Part shown: positions 26,226-38,100 of the stretch, in pieces
Layout of the letters: the number at the start of each line of letters is the position of its first letter
Position numbering within the stretch: position 1 is the first letter of the stretch
Origin: a virus
Strand: one strand, 5' to 3'
Virus record (IMG/VR): IMGVR_UViG_3300047121_000347
Location: 37,831-101,830 of that record
DNA length: 64,000 nt
Position numbers and translations under genes: made by a program
Notes under the pieces: model-generated
What the model saw: only the letters and a program-made list of their open reading frames with translations
What the model was told of the DNA's origin: nothing
Databases searched by the model: none

Positions 26226-26641
26226 TGGACGATAAAACCCACGAGTTGGCGGTGCTTAAAGCGCAAGCCAAGATCCGGCTTGAAGAACTTAAAGCGCAAG
26301 ACTCGGCCAAAGAAGTAGCAGGAAAAGCCATTGGCGAAGATGGGCTGCTTTATATCTTCCTGATCGTGCTCGTGGGTGTCGGTGCATCGTTATTCCTTGA
26401 AGGCGAAAAGATTGCCGCTGTAATGGGCCTGCTAGGCGCCTCGTTGACAGCCTTGATCCAAATGCTCAACGGTATTGCCGGAACCGCGCCAAAGCAAGAA
26501 AAGCCCGAGTTCGAGGTCATCAAGGACCTTATCACCCGCCTGGACAAGTTGGACCGTGCCGAGCCGCCTATGCAGGTTGATGTTGAAGGCAGCAAGGTAA
26601 CAGTCAAGAAGGGTGCCGACATCGTAACTGCTAGAGGCTAG
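26225..26641 (+). CDS. Two-TM membrane protein in the lysis module
   Basis: Two hydrophobic helices; adjacent to holin/endolysin. Confidence 0.55.
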   Translation: MDDKTHELAVLKAQAKIRLEELKAQDSAKEVAGKAIGEDGLLYIFLIVLVGVGASLFLEGEKIAAVMGLLGASLTALIQMLNGIAGTAPKQEKPEFEVIKDLITRLDKLDRAEPPMQVDVEGSKVTVKKGADIVTARG

Positions 26642-26643
26642 AG

Positions 26644-27141
26644 ATGCTAGACATTATTGGTGGTGGTCTTTTCGGCACAATCTTCGGGGGCTTATTTCGA
26701 CTGGCTCCCGAAGTCTTGAAGTTTCTTGATCGCAAGAACGAACGGCAACATGAACTCTCGATGTTCAACCGTCAGTGCGAACTTGAGCAGATACGCGGTG
26801 AAATGAAGTTGGCTGAGATAGGAGCTGAACGTGATAAAGCAATCGATACTGGCGTTATGGCTGCATTCGAAGCTGCTATCAACTCACAGACCGAGATGGC
26901 TAAAGCTGCCGGTGGCTGGGTTGCATCGCTTTCGGCTTCAGTCCGACCGGTAGTGACCTATTGGATCTTGGCCATCTGGTCAGCGTCGCATGTCTGGTTT
27001 GCGATCATCGCCTCGCGTGAAGGTCTTCCCGTGCAGGAAGTGTTCAAAATGATTATGTCGCCCGACTTCGCCGCACTGGTCGCAGGCACGTTCAATTACT
27101 GGTTTCTTGATCGCACCTTGAAGGCTAGAGGGTTGGCGTGA
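26644..27141 (+). CDS. Putative holin (3TM, GTA-holin-like)
   Basis: SVRPVVTY, YWF..R motifs; directly upstream of the endolysin. Confidence 0.6.
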   Translation: MLDIIGGGLFGTIFGGLFRLAPEVLKFLDRKNERQHELSMFNRQCELEQIRGEMKLAEIGAERDKAIDTGVMAAFEAAINSQTEMAKAAGGWVASLSASVRPVVTYWILAIWSASHVWFAIIASREGLPVQEVFKMIMSPDFAALVAGTFNYWFLDRTLKARGLA

Positions 27142-27599
27142 AACTAGACCTCGCTGCTGAGCTATGCCGACGGTTTGAGGGTTTTTCAGCCCGGCCGTAT
27201 CTCTGCCCGGCGGGGGTGTGGACCATCGGATACGGGTCGACTTATTATCAAAGCGGCGACAGGGTTACAAAGGATGATCCCCCGATAACGCGTGAATACG
27301 CCGAGCAGCTGTTAATGCATGAGCTGGTGCGCACTTACGCACCGGGGGCGATTCGGCTCTGCCCGATACTGCTGACTCTCGCGATTCAAAAGAAAGATTG
27401 GGGAAAGTTAAACGCCGTAGTAGATTTTTGCTATAATTTAGGCGTAGGGCGTTTACAAACATCCACTTTGAGGCGTAAAATAAACGCTCAAGATTGGGAA
27501 GGCGCAAAAGAGCAGCTCGGACTCTGGGTACGTGGGGGTGGTAAAGTGTTACGCGGCTTAGTCCTCAGACGTCAAGCCGAATGCAACCTAATGGGGTGA
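27138..27599 (+). CDS. Endolysin, GH24 lysozyme
   Basis: FEG...PYLCPAGVWTIGYGST, F.YN.G, GL..RR..E. Confidence 0.9.
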   Translation: MKLDLAAELCRRFEGFSARPYLCPAGVWTIGYGSTYYQSGDRVTKDDPPITREYAEQLLMHELVRTYAPGAIRLCPILLTLAIQKKDWGKLNAVVDFCYNLGVGRLQTSTLRRKINAQDWEGAKEQLGLWVRGGGKVLRGLVLRRQAECNLMG

Positions 27600-27606
27600 G
27601 GAAGCT

Positions 27607-27771
27607 ATGAAAGAGGTATGGGAAAAACCACGGCCCAAGTCACTCGGCGAGTCCAAGTCTCTGAGTCCGAATCAGAAACGAGCCGCCAAAGCGTTCGCCA
27701 AACGCACCGGCACCAAGTACCCTTCGCTAGTCGCAAATATGGCCGGCGCTAAGGCTAAAAGGAGCTGGTAA
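27607..27771 (+). CDS. 54-aa basic protein not in the ORF track (MKEVWEKPRPKSLG...YPSLVANM...)
   Basis: GAGG RBS; TAATG coupling to the next gene. Confidence 0.65.
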   Translation: MKEVWEKPRPKSLGESKSLSPNQKRAAKAFAKRTGTKYPSLVANMAGAKAKRSW

Positions 27772-28403
27772 TGCCCGCCTACGCAATGACCTATAACAAC
27801 TTGGTCACTGACATTCAGCAGTACCTTGAGCGTACCGATACGGCCACGGTGGACCGCATACCGACGTTCATCGGCCTAGCTGAGCAGGTGATAGCGAGTC
27901 AGATTAAATTTCTAGGTAACCTGACCGTTCAGACTAGCAGTATGACCGCCAGCAACCCCATCATCAACAAACCGGCACGTTGGCACAAGACGGTCAGTAT
28001 GAACCTTACCGTAGCGGGTCGGCGACAGCCTGTGCTGTTGCGCAAATATGAGTACCTGCGTGAGTACTGGCCGGACTCAACGCAAACCGAAGTGCCTCGG
28101 TTTTACTGCGATTACGACTACACGCACTGGTTTGTAGCGCCGACACCGGCTCAGGCTTATAGTTTTGAGGTATTGTACTATGAGCGGGTTCAGCCATTGG
28201 ACTCTTCAAATCAAACAAACTGGTTCACCGAATACGCCCCGCAGGCGTTGTTATACGGGTCGCTTCTGCAAGCTATGCCATTTTTGAAGAACGACGAACG
28301 GATACCGATGTGGCAGTCGCAGTACAACGCGATCATGCAGACGCTCATAGCGGAAGACAAACTACGTATCGCCGATCGCCAGGCGATCGCGTCGGATAGC
28401 TGA
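27771..28403 (+). CDS. Tail adaptor / tubular protein
   Basis: MTY..L...IQ.Y.ER, FI.LAE, P.P, TNW....P..LLYG.L pattern. Confidence 0.65.
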   Translation: MPAYAMTYNNLVTDIQQYLERTDTATVDRIPTFIGLAEQVIASQIKFLGNLTVQTSSMTASNPIINKPARWHKTVSMNLTVAGRRQPVLLRKYEYLREYWPDSTQTEVPRFYCDYDYTHWFVAPTPAQAYSFEVLYYERVQPLDSSNQTNWFTEYAPQALLYGSLLQAMPFLKNDERIPMWQSQYNAIMQTLIAEDKLRIADRQAIASDS

Positions 28404-28405
28404 TC

Positions 28406-29608
28406 ATGAGTTACGTTAGCCCTTTTACTGGCGACGTCATACAGCCGACCGATGTTCTCTACCTTGAGATTCAGCTCGACGCAAACCTTCAGCTGTTCTG
28501 GCCAATTAACGGTAATGAAGCCACCGAGACCCCGGCTGCTCGAATCATGGACGTTGACGCTTCGGGTAGCTACGAGCTGCGCATGCCTCCGGCCAATCAG
28601 GTCTCGGTCGGGCAAGATGCGTTGATACGTAACGTCGGCAGCAACACGTTTACGGTTAAGACCTATGATGGCAACGGCACTATTGTGTCGATACCTTCCG
28701 GCGCGGCGCGTTACATTTATTTGACCGATAACGCCGACGACTACGGCGCGTGGGGTAATTTTACGTTCGGCGCGGGAACGTCCTCAGCTGATGCGGCTAC
28801 GCTCGCCGGGGCGGGGCTGCTCGCTAGTGGGTTAACCCTGAACCAAAGCCATCCGGTTTCGGCCATCACCGCGAGCCAAGTATTCGTTGACGGTGACCGA
28901 GCGAAAACTTATGTTTGGAGCGGCGGGGTTACAACCACCACGCTGCCTTCCGCTGTTACGGTAGGTAGTAATTGGTTCTTTCTGATAAAGAACGCCGGAA
29001 CGGGCACGCTCACGGTTAACTGCACGGGTGTTGAGCTGATTGACGGGGGAGCTTCAAAAGCCTTTGCGCCTAATGAGTCGGCTTTTATCGTTTCGACCGG
29101 AACCGGGTTCATCACGGTGGGTTACGGGGTTAGCACGCAGTTCGAGTACGGTATTCTGACTAAAACCGTAACCAGCGGAACCTACACCCTGACGGCTAAC
29201 GAGGCCTCAAACACAATTCAGATTTATAACGGAACCCTCACGGGTAACGTCACAATCATCATACCGCCGGTGGTTAATTTCTACATCATCAGCAATCAAT
29301 GTAGCGCGGGCGGTTTCACTCTGACAATCTCAACTGGCGCGGTCGGCGGGGCTACTGCGATCGTTCCCGCCTCGGGGCAAGCGAGTTTGTTTTGCGACGG
29401 TACTAATGTGCTCAACGCTAATACGACTCAGGCCGGCGGCACTTCGTTCAGTATCGTTAACGGCAGCGCGGGTAGCCCTTCTTTGAATTTTGCCTCTGAA
29501 ATAAGCACCGGGCTGTTCAGGCCCGGCGCAGGTCAGTTTGGAATATCCGTGCTCGGAACCATAAAGTTCATGTTGACTTCTGAAGGTATCTCTGGGGGTT
29601 CGTTCTGA
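28406..29608 (+). CDS. Tail structural protein
   Basis: G/T-rich beta repeats; ends GISGGSF. Confidence 0.6.
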   Translation: MSYVSPFTGDVIQPTDVLYLEIQLDANLQLFWPINGNEATETPAARIMDVDASGSYELRMPPANQVSVGQDALIRNVGSNTFTVKTYDGNGTIVSIPSGAARYIYLTDNADDYGAWGNFTFGAGTSSADAATLAGAGLLASGLTLNQSHPVSAITASQVFVDGDRAKTYVWSGGVTTTTLPSAVTVGSNWFFLIKNAGTGTLTVNCTGVELIDGGASKAFAPNESAFIVSTGTGFITVGYGVSTQFEYGILTKTVTSGTYTLTANEASNTIQIYNGTLTGNVTIIIPPVVNFYIISNQCSAGGFTLTISTGAVGGATAIVPASGQASLFCDGTNVLNANTTQAGGTSFSIVNGSAGSPSLNFASEISTGLFRPGAGQFGISVLGTIKFMLTSEGISGGSF

Positions 29609-31905
29609 TGACTAAGAAAGTCTTCGCCCTCGATACCCGGCCCGGTATTCAACGCGATGGTACCATCTTTGACAAAGAGTACTATACTGACGGGCGCTGG
29701 GTGCGTTTTCAGAAGTTCGGGGGTGAGCTGGCTCGTCCGCGAAAGATGGGCGGGTACCGTCAAATCGTGAACTCGCTCGCTGGGCCTTCTCGCGGCGTGT
29801 TTGTGGTGGTGCGTAATCTGTACAATAACGTTTACAGCGGCTACAACGACGGTCTGCAGCTCGTACCGATTGACAATAACGGAGTGGGTTCGGGGGTTAC
29901 TGACTTCAAATTTGGCGGCCCCGCCACCACACTCAGCATAACGGTCGCCGGTTCGGGTTACCTGCCCGGTACGTATACCAACGTACCCTTAACGTACACA
30001 ACCTCAGGCACCGGAGAAGGTCTCATAACGACGGTTACCGTCGGCGGCGGGGGAACCGTGACCGCCGTGACCGTGACCGGAGGCGGGGTACGTTACGTGG
30101 CTGGAGACTTCCTCACCGCTAGCAATACTTCTCTCGGCGGTGTGGGTTCAGGGTTAGTACTTCAGGTGAGCGCCATTGACTCGCCGTTTGTGGCTTCGGA
30201 CCTGAACTCTTGGCAGTTCGACACGTTCACCGATACGGTAGGTTACAACACGAGCCTGCTGCTCGCGCACCCGTCGCAAGACCTCGTCAGCATTGACAAC
30301 GAAACCAATACGCGGCTGCTTTGCGGACCGCTAACAGGTACAACGCTCTGGGCTGCGGGGCTTTTTGCCGTGACGACATGTACCGTTACGAGCGGTTCGC
30401 CCACGGTCACCATCCCCACCACCGATGTTCGTATCGCCGCTGGGCAGGTGGTCAAGGGTTACGGAATACCGGCGGGTACGACGGTTGTCTCAGTCGTCAC
30501 CAGCACTATAACGTTGAGCCAGAACGCAACCGCTACAAGCGTAACAACGCTCACGTTTGACAACGAGGTTTCCGTCTCGGGCGGCGTAGTATCGCTACAC
30601 CCTTACGTATTCGTTTACGGCAACAACGGTCTCATCTGGAACTGCTCAGCCGGGGACATCGATGACTGGGTTTCGGCTGATGCCAACCGGGTCAACGCCG
30701 CGACGGGTAAGATACTACAAGGGTTGCCGGTGCGGGGCGGTTCGAACTCGCCTTCCGGGCTCTTTTGGTCGTTGGACTCACTGGTTCGAGTGTCTTACGC
30801 ACCTCAGTCGTTAGGTGTGGCGGGCACGCCTAACTTTGCAGCTACGACCTACTGGCGTTACGATATCATCACTTCGCAGTCCTCGTTCTTGTCGTCTTCG
30901 GCGGTCATCGAGTATGATGGTATTTACTTCTGGACAGGGGTCGATCGGTTCCTGCTGTATAACGGGGTTACAAAAGAGATTCCAAACACGTTCAATCAGA
31001 ACTACTTCTTTGACAATCTCAACTACACGCAGCGACAGAAAGTCTGGGCTACTAAAGTGCCTCGTTTCGGTGAAGTGTGGTGGTTTTACCCCAGGGGTAA
31101 CGCCACCGAGTGTACCGATGCGGTGATCTACAACGTGCGTGACAATACGTGGTATGACACCGGGGAAGCTTCCGGTGCGCAGCGTTCGGCTGGGTACTTT
31201 TCGCAGGTCTTTCGGTTCCCCATTCAGGCGGGTTATAACGTCAACACGGCGGACGCGATCAACGTGTTTACGATCAGCGATCAAGGCTCCGGCTACGCCG
31301 ACGGCACGTACAACTACGAGAGCCTAACCGGGGGAACCGGCAGCGGCGCGACCGCCACAATCACGGTGCTCGGTGGGAAAGTGGTCACGGTTGATATAAA
31401 CAATCGCGGCAGCGGTTACGCTGAGGGTGACCTGCTCACGGCGGTGTTGGACGGCGTAGGTGTTGACTTTGAGATCACGGTCGATTCGTTGATGCAGCAG
31501 GTCTCGCTGTGGCAGCATGAAATTGGAAAAGACTCCGTTCAGGGTGCAACCGTGCTCGCAATTGAATCGTACTTCACGACCTCGGATCTCGGCGTCATAG
31601 CCGGCGGCCCGGCTACGTTCTCCCCAGTGGGTGAAAACAAATGGACGCGTATCGAGCGCGTTGAGCCGAACTTTGTGCAGGTCGGAAACCTTGACTTATA
31701 CATCATCGGCCGCCCCTATGCTGATGAGGTCGATCAAGTCACGGGGCCATACACATTTGCGCCGGGCACAGGTAAGATCGACATGAAAGAGCAGCGCCGT
31801 ATACTGCGAATCAAGATAGTTAGCAATGTTTCCGGCGGTGATTATCAAACGGGTAAAATTATGGTCGACGCCGACACCGGCGACGTTCGAGGCTACTCAA
31901 CATGA
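29608..31905 (+). CDS. Tail nozzle/stabilisation protein with inserted GSGY beta modules
   Basis: PGI..D.T....Y.DG.WVRF N-terminus, F.EVWWFYP; position before the ejection genes. Confidence 0.6.
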   Translation: MTKKVFALDTRPGIQRDGTIFDKEYYTDGRWVRFQKFGGELARPRKMGGYRQIVNSLAGPSRGVFVVVRNLYNNVYSGYNDGLQLVPIDNNGVGSGVTDFKFGGPATTLSITVAGSGYLPGTYTNVPLTYTTSGTGEGLITTVTVGGGGTVTAVTVTGGGVRYVAGDFLTASNTSLGGVGSGLVLQVSAIDSPFVASDLNSWQFDTFTDTVGYNTSLLLAHPSQDLVSIDNETNTRLLCGPLTGTTLWAAGLFAVTTCTVTSGSPTVTIPTTDVRIAAGQVVKGYGIPAGTTVVSVVTSTITLSQNATATSVTTLTFDNEVSVSGGVVSLHPYVFVYGNNGLIWNCSAGDIDDWVSADANRVNAATGKILQGLPVRGGSNSPSGLFWSLDSLVRVSYAPQSLGVAGTPNFAATTYWRYDIITSQSSFLSSSAVIEYDGIYFWTGVDRFLLYNGVTKEIPNTFNQNYFFDNLNYTQRQKVWATKVPRFGEVWWFYPRGNATECTDAVIYNVRDNTWYDTGEASGAQRSAGYFSQVFRFPIQAGYNVNTADAINVFTISDQGSGYADGTYNYESLTGGTGSGATATITVLGGKVVTVDINNRGSGYAEGDLLTAVLDGVGVDFEITVDSLMQQVSLWQHEIGKDSVQGATVLAIESYFTTSDLGVIAGGPATFSPVGENKWTRIERVEPNFVQVGNLDLYIIGRPYADEVDQVTGPYTFAPGTGKIDMKEQRRILRIKIVSNVSGGDYQTGKIMVDADTGDVRGYST

Positions 31906-32150
31906 CCGTTCCGTTGGTTTATGACCCGCGTTATCACAGCTTTGAGTCTTGGGCAGCGTTGATGGTTGAGGCTTACGCCGCGCAGCAGCTGCAAGTTCCG
32001 ATGACCGACACCGATTGGAAGTCATGGGGTGCAGGGTTAAAAGCCATCGACGTGTTTGCTAATGAAGCTATACCCGAGCCTTATCAATTTGACGACTGGC
32101 AAGAATGGGCCGCCGCATTGGTCGGTGCCGTAAACCCGAGGATGAGCTAG
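31902..32150 (+). CDS. Small Trp-rich virion protein
   Basis: 82 aa; P.P..F.DWQEWA. Confidence 0.65.
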   Translation: MTVPLVYDPRYHSFESWAALMVEAYAAQQLQVPMTDTDWKSWGAGLKAIDVFANEAIPEPYQFDDWQEWAAALVGAVNPRMS

Positions 32151-32151
32151 T

Positions 32152-35100
32152 ATGGCGACTTCACCTTTATCGATAACGCCCGAAGCACTCAAATCGCTTT
32201 ACGATGACTTGACAAGCCAAGGTTACAGCCATGATGTTCTCGTCAATGCTGCGAGACAAAACTACGGCATAGATCTTGATCAGGCTTTGAAAAGTTCCGC
32301 GCCCATTTCTTACGCTGACAAAATCAATTCAGGACCGTTGGAGAAAGCCGCTCAGCCCACTTACGCCGAGTATCAAGCATCACTCCCCGCTGCGAAATCT
32401 ACTGTTCCTGGCACTGACCTAACGTACACTCGAACTTCAGATGACACGAGCTGGTTAAGTAATGTTCGACAAGGCTATGGGCCGCAGGGTCAGGGTGCTC
32501 GCACTGAAGAGCAGATACCGAGCCTTTATCGTGACCCGGATTCAGGTTACGGTGTTGGGGTTGAGATGGAGGACGGGCAGGTTCAAAAGCTCGTTTACTA
32601 CGACCCGCAAGGCCGAAAACTGCGATCAAGTATTTTTACTGCGCCAGAACTGTATAAAAACGCCAATGAATTTGGAATCAATTTAAGTGGAATCGGTAGT
32701 CTAGGTACAGCATTAGACGCTGCAGGAATAAAATATAAGCCCGGAGAGCTTTACGCAGGCGTTGGTTCAAACTTAGGGATCAATTTTAATGACATTGCAG
32801 CCGGTAAACTCGGCGCTGCATACGACTGGACACAAGACCCGTTTGCATCAACTAAAGGTCCATACGGCTCGCAGACGCTCGCCGAAAATCAAAATATTGC
32901 GCGAACGCTAAATGTTAAACCTGAGCTTTCAGAAAACCTTGCCACAATTGATCCTTATAAAGGACCTACGGGAACACGAAACTTTGCCGTAGTTATACCT
33001 AGTATTTCGGGTTCTCCGACCGTTGCATATTACGCTACTGCTGAAGAGGCTGAAGCTGCAAAATATTTATACGGAGGTACGCTTTATAACGTAGCTGAAA
33101 GTCCATTAGATGTGGGTAACGATGGGACAGTTACTACTTCGCAAAATGCGACCGCTTCTGCGCCGTTAGGTGCGTTATCTACCGCTACAAATACAGCGCC
33201 TGCAACTGGCGCACTACCGACAAGCGGTTTTGATGCATTTGGTAACCCAAGGGGTAATACCTGGACGGAAGACCGTTACAACCCCAATGATCCCGCTTCA
33301 TCAAGCTACATAGCAGACCCTAATGCTGGTCGGTATGTGTTTGATCCAGCCACTGGCAAACATACCCTTGTTCCTAGCACTGGCGCAACGTCAGTTACGG
33401 GCGCAACAGGTAATGACACTGTTACAGGCGCTCTTGATACGGCCAGTAGATTTTACGACCCAGTCTTGAAATCCAACTGGGAAATAGAAAATGTTGGCGA
33501 TCTTGGACTGGCAAACGATCCAAGATTTCAGGGTCAGGGTTCTCAGGTTTACATTGACCCCAAAACGGGTCGTATGTTATCCCGTGATGAATACTTGCAA
33601 GTTGCCAATACAACAGAGGCTGTTAGCTATCGCGCTGAACAAGAGCGCATTGCCGCTGCAAATGCAAAATTATTTAGGCCTGGAAACACATTAGACAACC
33701 CTCTTGCAGGTGTTACTGATTTTGGCGGCGACACTGCCATTTCGTTGCTTACGGCAAGCCCAAACATTTCTGCTGCAATACAGCACAAGTCAACATTTGT
33801 TAAGCCTTACAAGATTATTAACGGCAAATTACAAGAAGTGACTGATGCGGACATCACGCCACAAGACATCGCATCTAACAGCGTTTACTTTTACATTGGT
33901 GGCGCCACAGGTGGACCAGATCGCCAGCGCATGGCGCAGTTGTATCAATCCAAAGGTGACAAGCTGGTGCCTGTTGGCGATCCAAGCTTTTATCAAGGCG
34001 CTCACCCAGATCAAGCGGCTATGGACTTTGCAAGAATCGCATTGCCCATTGCGCTATCGTTTGTTCCAGGCCTCGGTACTGCCATTGGTGGTGCATTAGG
34101 CGCAACTGGCGCTGCTGCCGGTGCTTTAGGTTCAGGCGTATTAAGCTTTGGTACGCAACTGGCCATGGGTGCCGATCCTTTGCAGGCCTTAAAAGGTGCG
34201 GCGTTAAGTGCGGCGGGTGGCTATCTCGGCAGCCAGATTAGCTCAATGTTACCCACTGAAGTTGCAGGTATTGGAAAAAACGTCATTACGCAACTTGTAA
34301 CAACGGGCAAACTTGATCCGGCTGCGTTAGCAACAAGCGTTGGCACTAGCTTTGCCACAGACGCTTTGGCAGCAGAAACCGGCATGGACAAAGCCACTGC
34401 TGCAAAAATCGTTACGGCAGGTTTGCAGGCTATACAGGGCAACGAATTAGCCGCATTGACATCATTAGCTCAGGCCGGTATTCAATCAGGCCTTGCTGGC
34501 ACAGGAGTAACAGCACAATCACCTCAAGACCGGGCCGCATTTCTTGAGGCCAACGCGTCACCACTTGGGTTAAGTGCGCTTAGTCCGATCGCCGCTGAAG
34601 ATGAGGAGATTGCACTGCTGCAACGGCAAAACGCTGCCAATCAAGCCCTGTCAGATTATCTAGGGCCAGGCAATGACTTAAGCCGTGAGGGTCTTGTTAG
34701 TCAATTGAAAAACCTTGGCTTCACGGCAGATCAGGCCGAAGGTTTCGCAATACAAGCAGATCAGCGGATCAATATGCAGCGCGTTGGCGCTGATGTGATG
34801 AGCCGCTACTCAAAGATTGATCCTGAGTTCGGCACACCACAGCTTGATCGAGACATAGCGTGGGCAGAAATGGTTGCTGCTGGCTTTTCATCAGATCGTG
34901 CTAATGAAATATTGAACGGTATTGATGCGCAAAATGCGATCAAGTTAGAAAACAAACTGAGCGTTCAGTCTGCATATCAAAACTTCACGCAAGGCAAAGG
35001 CTCTGAAGACCAGCTACGCAGCGCTCTAACCTCTGCTGGCTATAACGACGCGCAGATCAACGAACTTGTCACGCGTGGTCGAGGTGTTCTTGAAGGTAGC

Positions 35101-38100
35101 AAATTAACCTCTGGTGAGCAAGCACAGATTCGCGCTGAGAACCTGCCCGACATCAGGAGTGAGATCGCAGGCAAGAGCAATTTCAATGATGCCTATGCTT
35201 TAGCGCGGGATAAACTCGGTGCTGATGCCACGTTTACCTGGCAAGGCAAAACTTATAGCACTGCCACGGCAGCAGAAAGACCTGACCTATCAGGCACAAC
35301 AAGCAAGCCAACGGCTGAAGTCCCGTATGTCGCACCTAACGGTATGCATAACCGCGCAGCCTTTATCCAGGCTGGTGGTGGTACAAGCGACGCTGATTAC
35401 GCCAAGTACGTTCAGGCAGTAAACGCCGTTATTGCCGAAGGGAAATCGGGCACGTTAATCACGCCTGCATCGGTTAATAGCACTGGTAAAGAGATGCCAT
35501 CGACCACAGGCCCGGTCACGATGGAAAAGCCCAGTGTTGACTCAGTGCTTGGCAGTGTTGCTGCGCAAGGTGTAGCGAGCTTCGGGGCCAACTCCATCGC
35601 TGGCGTATTAAGTGCATTAGGCTTTACAGATGCGGGTAGAACAGTGCTTGATAAGGCCAATCAAATTGCTGCTGCCGCTACTGCAGCAGAAGGCGCTGAC
35701 ATCACGCAAGGCAAGAGGGACATCAATGCTGCCATCCAAAGAGTTGGCGAGTCCTCTGGAATCAAAGACTTTGCTACCAATGTCGGCAACTTAGTATCAA
35801 CAGCTTTTAATAATCCAAAAGCATTTGGCGCTACTGTTGGCAGTGAGGTTGTTGAAGAAGTATTGCAACTTGCCACACTGAAGTTCCCTGGCAGCTTCCT
35901 TGTCAAAGAGACCGTTGCCTCGGCCTTAGAAAATGGCGGTGCTGCTTACAACACGGAATATGAGTCACAGATTGCCAAAGGCGCTTCCAAGGAAGATGCG
36001 CACTTGGCCGCTCAGAAAGCTGCCGGCACGGCTGCTGGCGTCACCGTAGCCCTGGCAGGCGGTGCTGCTGGCTTAGGCAAGGTGGCCGGCAAGGTCTTTG
36101 GCAGCCAAGCTGATGAGGCAGCAAGTGGCGTATCTCAAGTTGGCAAGACCACGCTGAGAGAGTCAGCACAAGAAGTGCTCGAGGAAGGCAGTATTGCCGG
36201 GTCGATTGATTTGGCGTTGGGTAGGCCTGTCGATGCTGTAAACGCGCTTACTAACATGACGGGCGGTGCTTTGTATGGTGGCGTTACGGCAGGGTCCATG
36301 CAAGGCACGAAGCTTGATACACTTGATCAAGCCGCATCAACATCGATTGGCTCAGGCGTTCAAGCCTCATTCAATGACACGCTCGCTCAAACTGGCAACA
36401 TCGCTCAGGCTTCGACCAACTCGGTTACCACTGCGATCAATAATGGGCTTGACCCTGGCGCAGCGGTTTCAACCGTGATTGACACAGCAGCCAAGTCGGG
36501 CGGTGATATGTCAGCCGTTATCACTGCGTCAATTAATACGGGTCTTTCGACTGCTCTAAGCAGTGGCGTAGATACCTCAACAGCCGTCAGCACGATTGTT
36601 GCAGGCTCCGTTACCGCATCGCTCAACAACGGTGTTAATGCTTCGATGGCGGTCTCTTCAACCGTTGGATCTTCAGTCAAGACAGGAATTGAAAGCGGTG
36701 CTGACGCCTCGACTGTTATTGCATCCTCGGTAACTACAGCCGTTTCGACTGCTACACAAAATGGTGCCAATTCGACAGCGGTTGTTGCAGGCTCAACGAG
36801 CACGGCAATATCAACAGCAATTGCAAGCGGTGTTGATGCAAGCACTGCTATTAGCTCTGCTGTTGACTCGGCTACCAAGGCAGGGGCTGACACCTCAGTT
36901 GCCACAGCGTCTTCAATTACGGCTGCGGTTGCTGCCGGCACGGATACAAACACGGCTATCGCGGCAGCTACGGGTGCGAACTCAAACATTACGGCAAATA
37001 GCACAACAAACAACAATGTCACATCCACAGTCGTAACGGATACGAAGACAGGCGTAACAAGTCAGACCGTGGTTGACAGTACCAATAATGCGTCAACGAC
37101 TACAACGACTAATAACAACGTCACCTCACAGGTAACGACGGTTGGCAGTACAACCACTACAGTTACAAGCGATACAAGTACGGGCGTGACCACTCAAACA
37201 ACAGTTGATGGCACTCGCTCAACAGACGTCACGGTCAATACAACCACAAATGTCACGACACAGGTCGTTACAGATACAAACACAAACACCAAAGTGACTG
37301 TGGAGTGGGAGCCTGATGGGGAGACCAGGTGCACTTTTACGGATCCTGAAGGTCGGGAAACTGTTTTTGATGATCTTGACGTTGGCGATCCTCCAAAGGT
37401 TGACATTGTTGTGCCCCTTGAGCCTGTTAAACCAGAAGTCAAGCCTGAAACGCCGAAAGAAACAAAACCCAAGACCTCTCAATCGGGCAGCGGTTCCGCC
37501 ATGATGATGCCCGCGATGGCGGGTGCGGCGGCTGCGGTTGATTGGTTAGGTCCGCAGTTTTTGAAGTCTAAAGAGCGCGGTACTTATGTTGACCCACTTG
37601 CCGAATTTCAAGCGCTGCAGCAACAAGCCGACCAACAGCAAATACTCAGTCAAATACAACCCGAACTAGCTAATGTTTTAACGGAGCGCGGTGCTATGCC
37701 CTATTATGCCTATGGCCAAGAGCCCTCGATTGATGAAGTTCTGGGCTTGCCCGATCAAGAATCTTCAAGCTATAATGAATCGGATTACGTTCCGGTGTTC
37801 AAATCAGGCGGAAAAGTATCCCCGCTGAACATTCAAATGATGTACGCCAAAGGTGGGCACGCTCGTGAAGACTTCCGTGACGGTAAGCATGTGGCCGGCC
37901 CCGGTGACGGGCAGTCGGATGATATTCCGGCGTGGCTCGCTGACGGGGAGTTCGTATTCCCGGCGGATGTGGTCAGCGCCCTCGGAAACGGCTCAACAAA
38001 GGCCGGAACCGAAAAGCTCTACGAGATGATGCATGAGATCAGAGGTCGTGCTCGCTCAAAACACCCGAAAGACCTGCCTCCGCCGGCGCACAAAAGCCCG

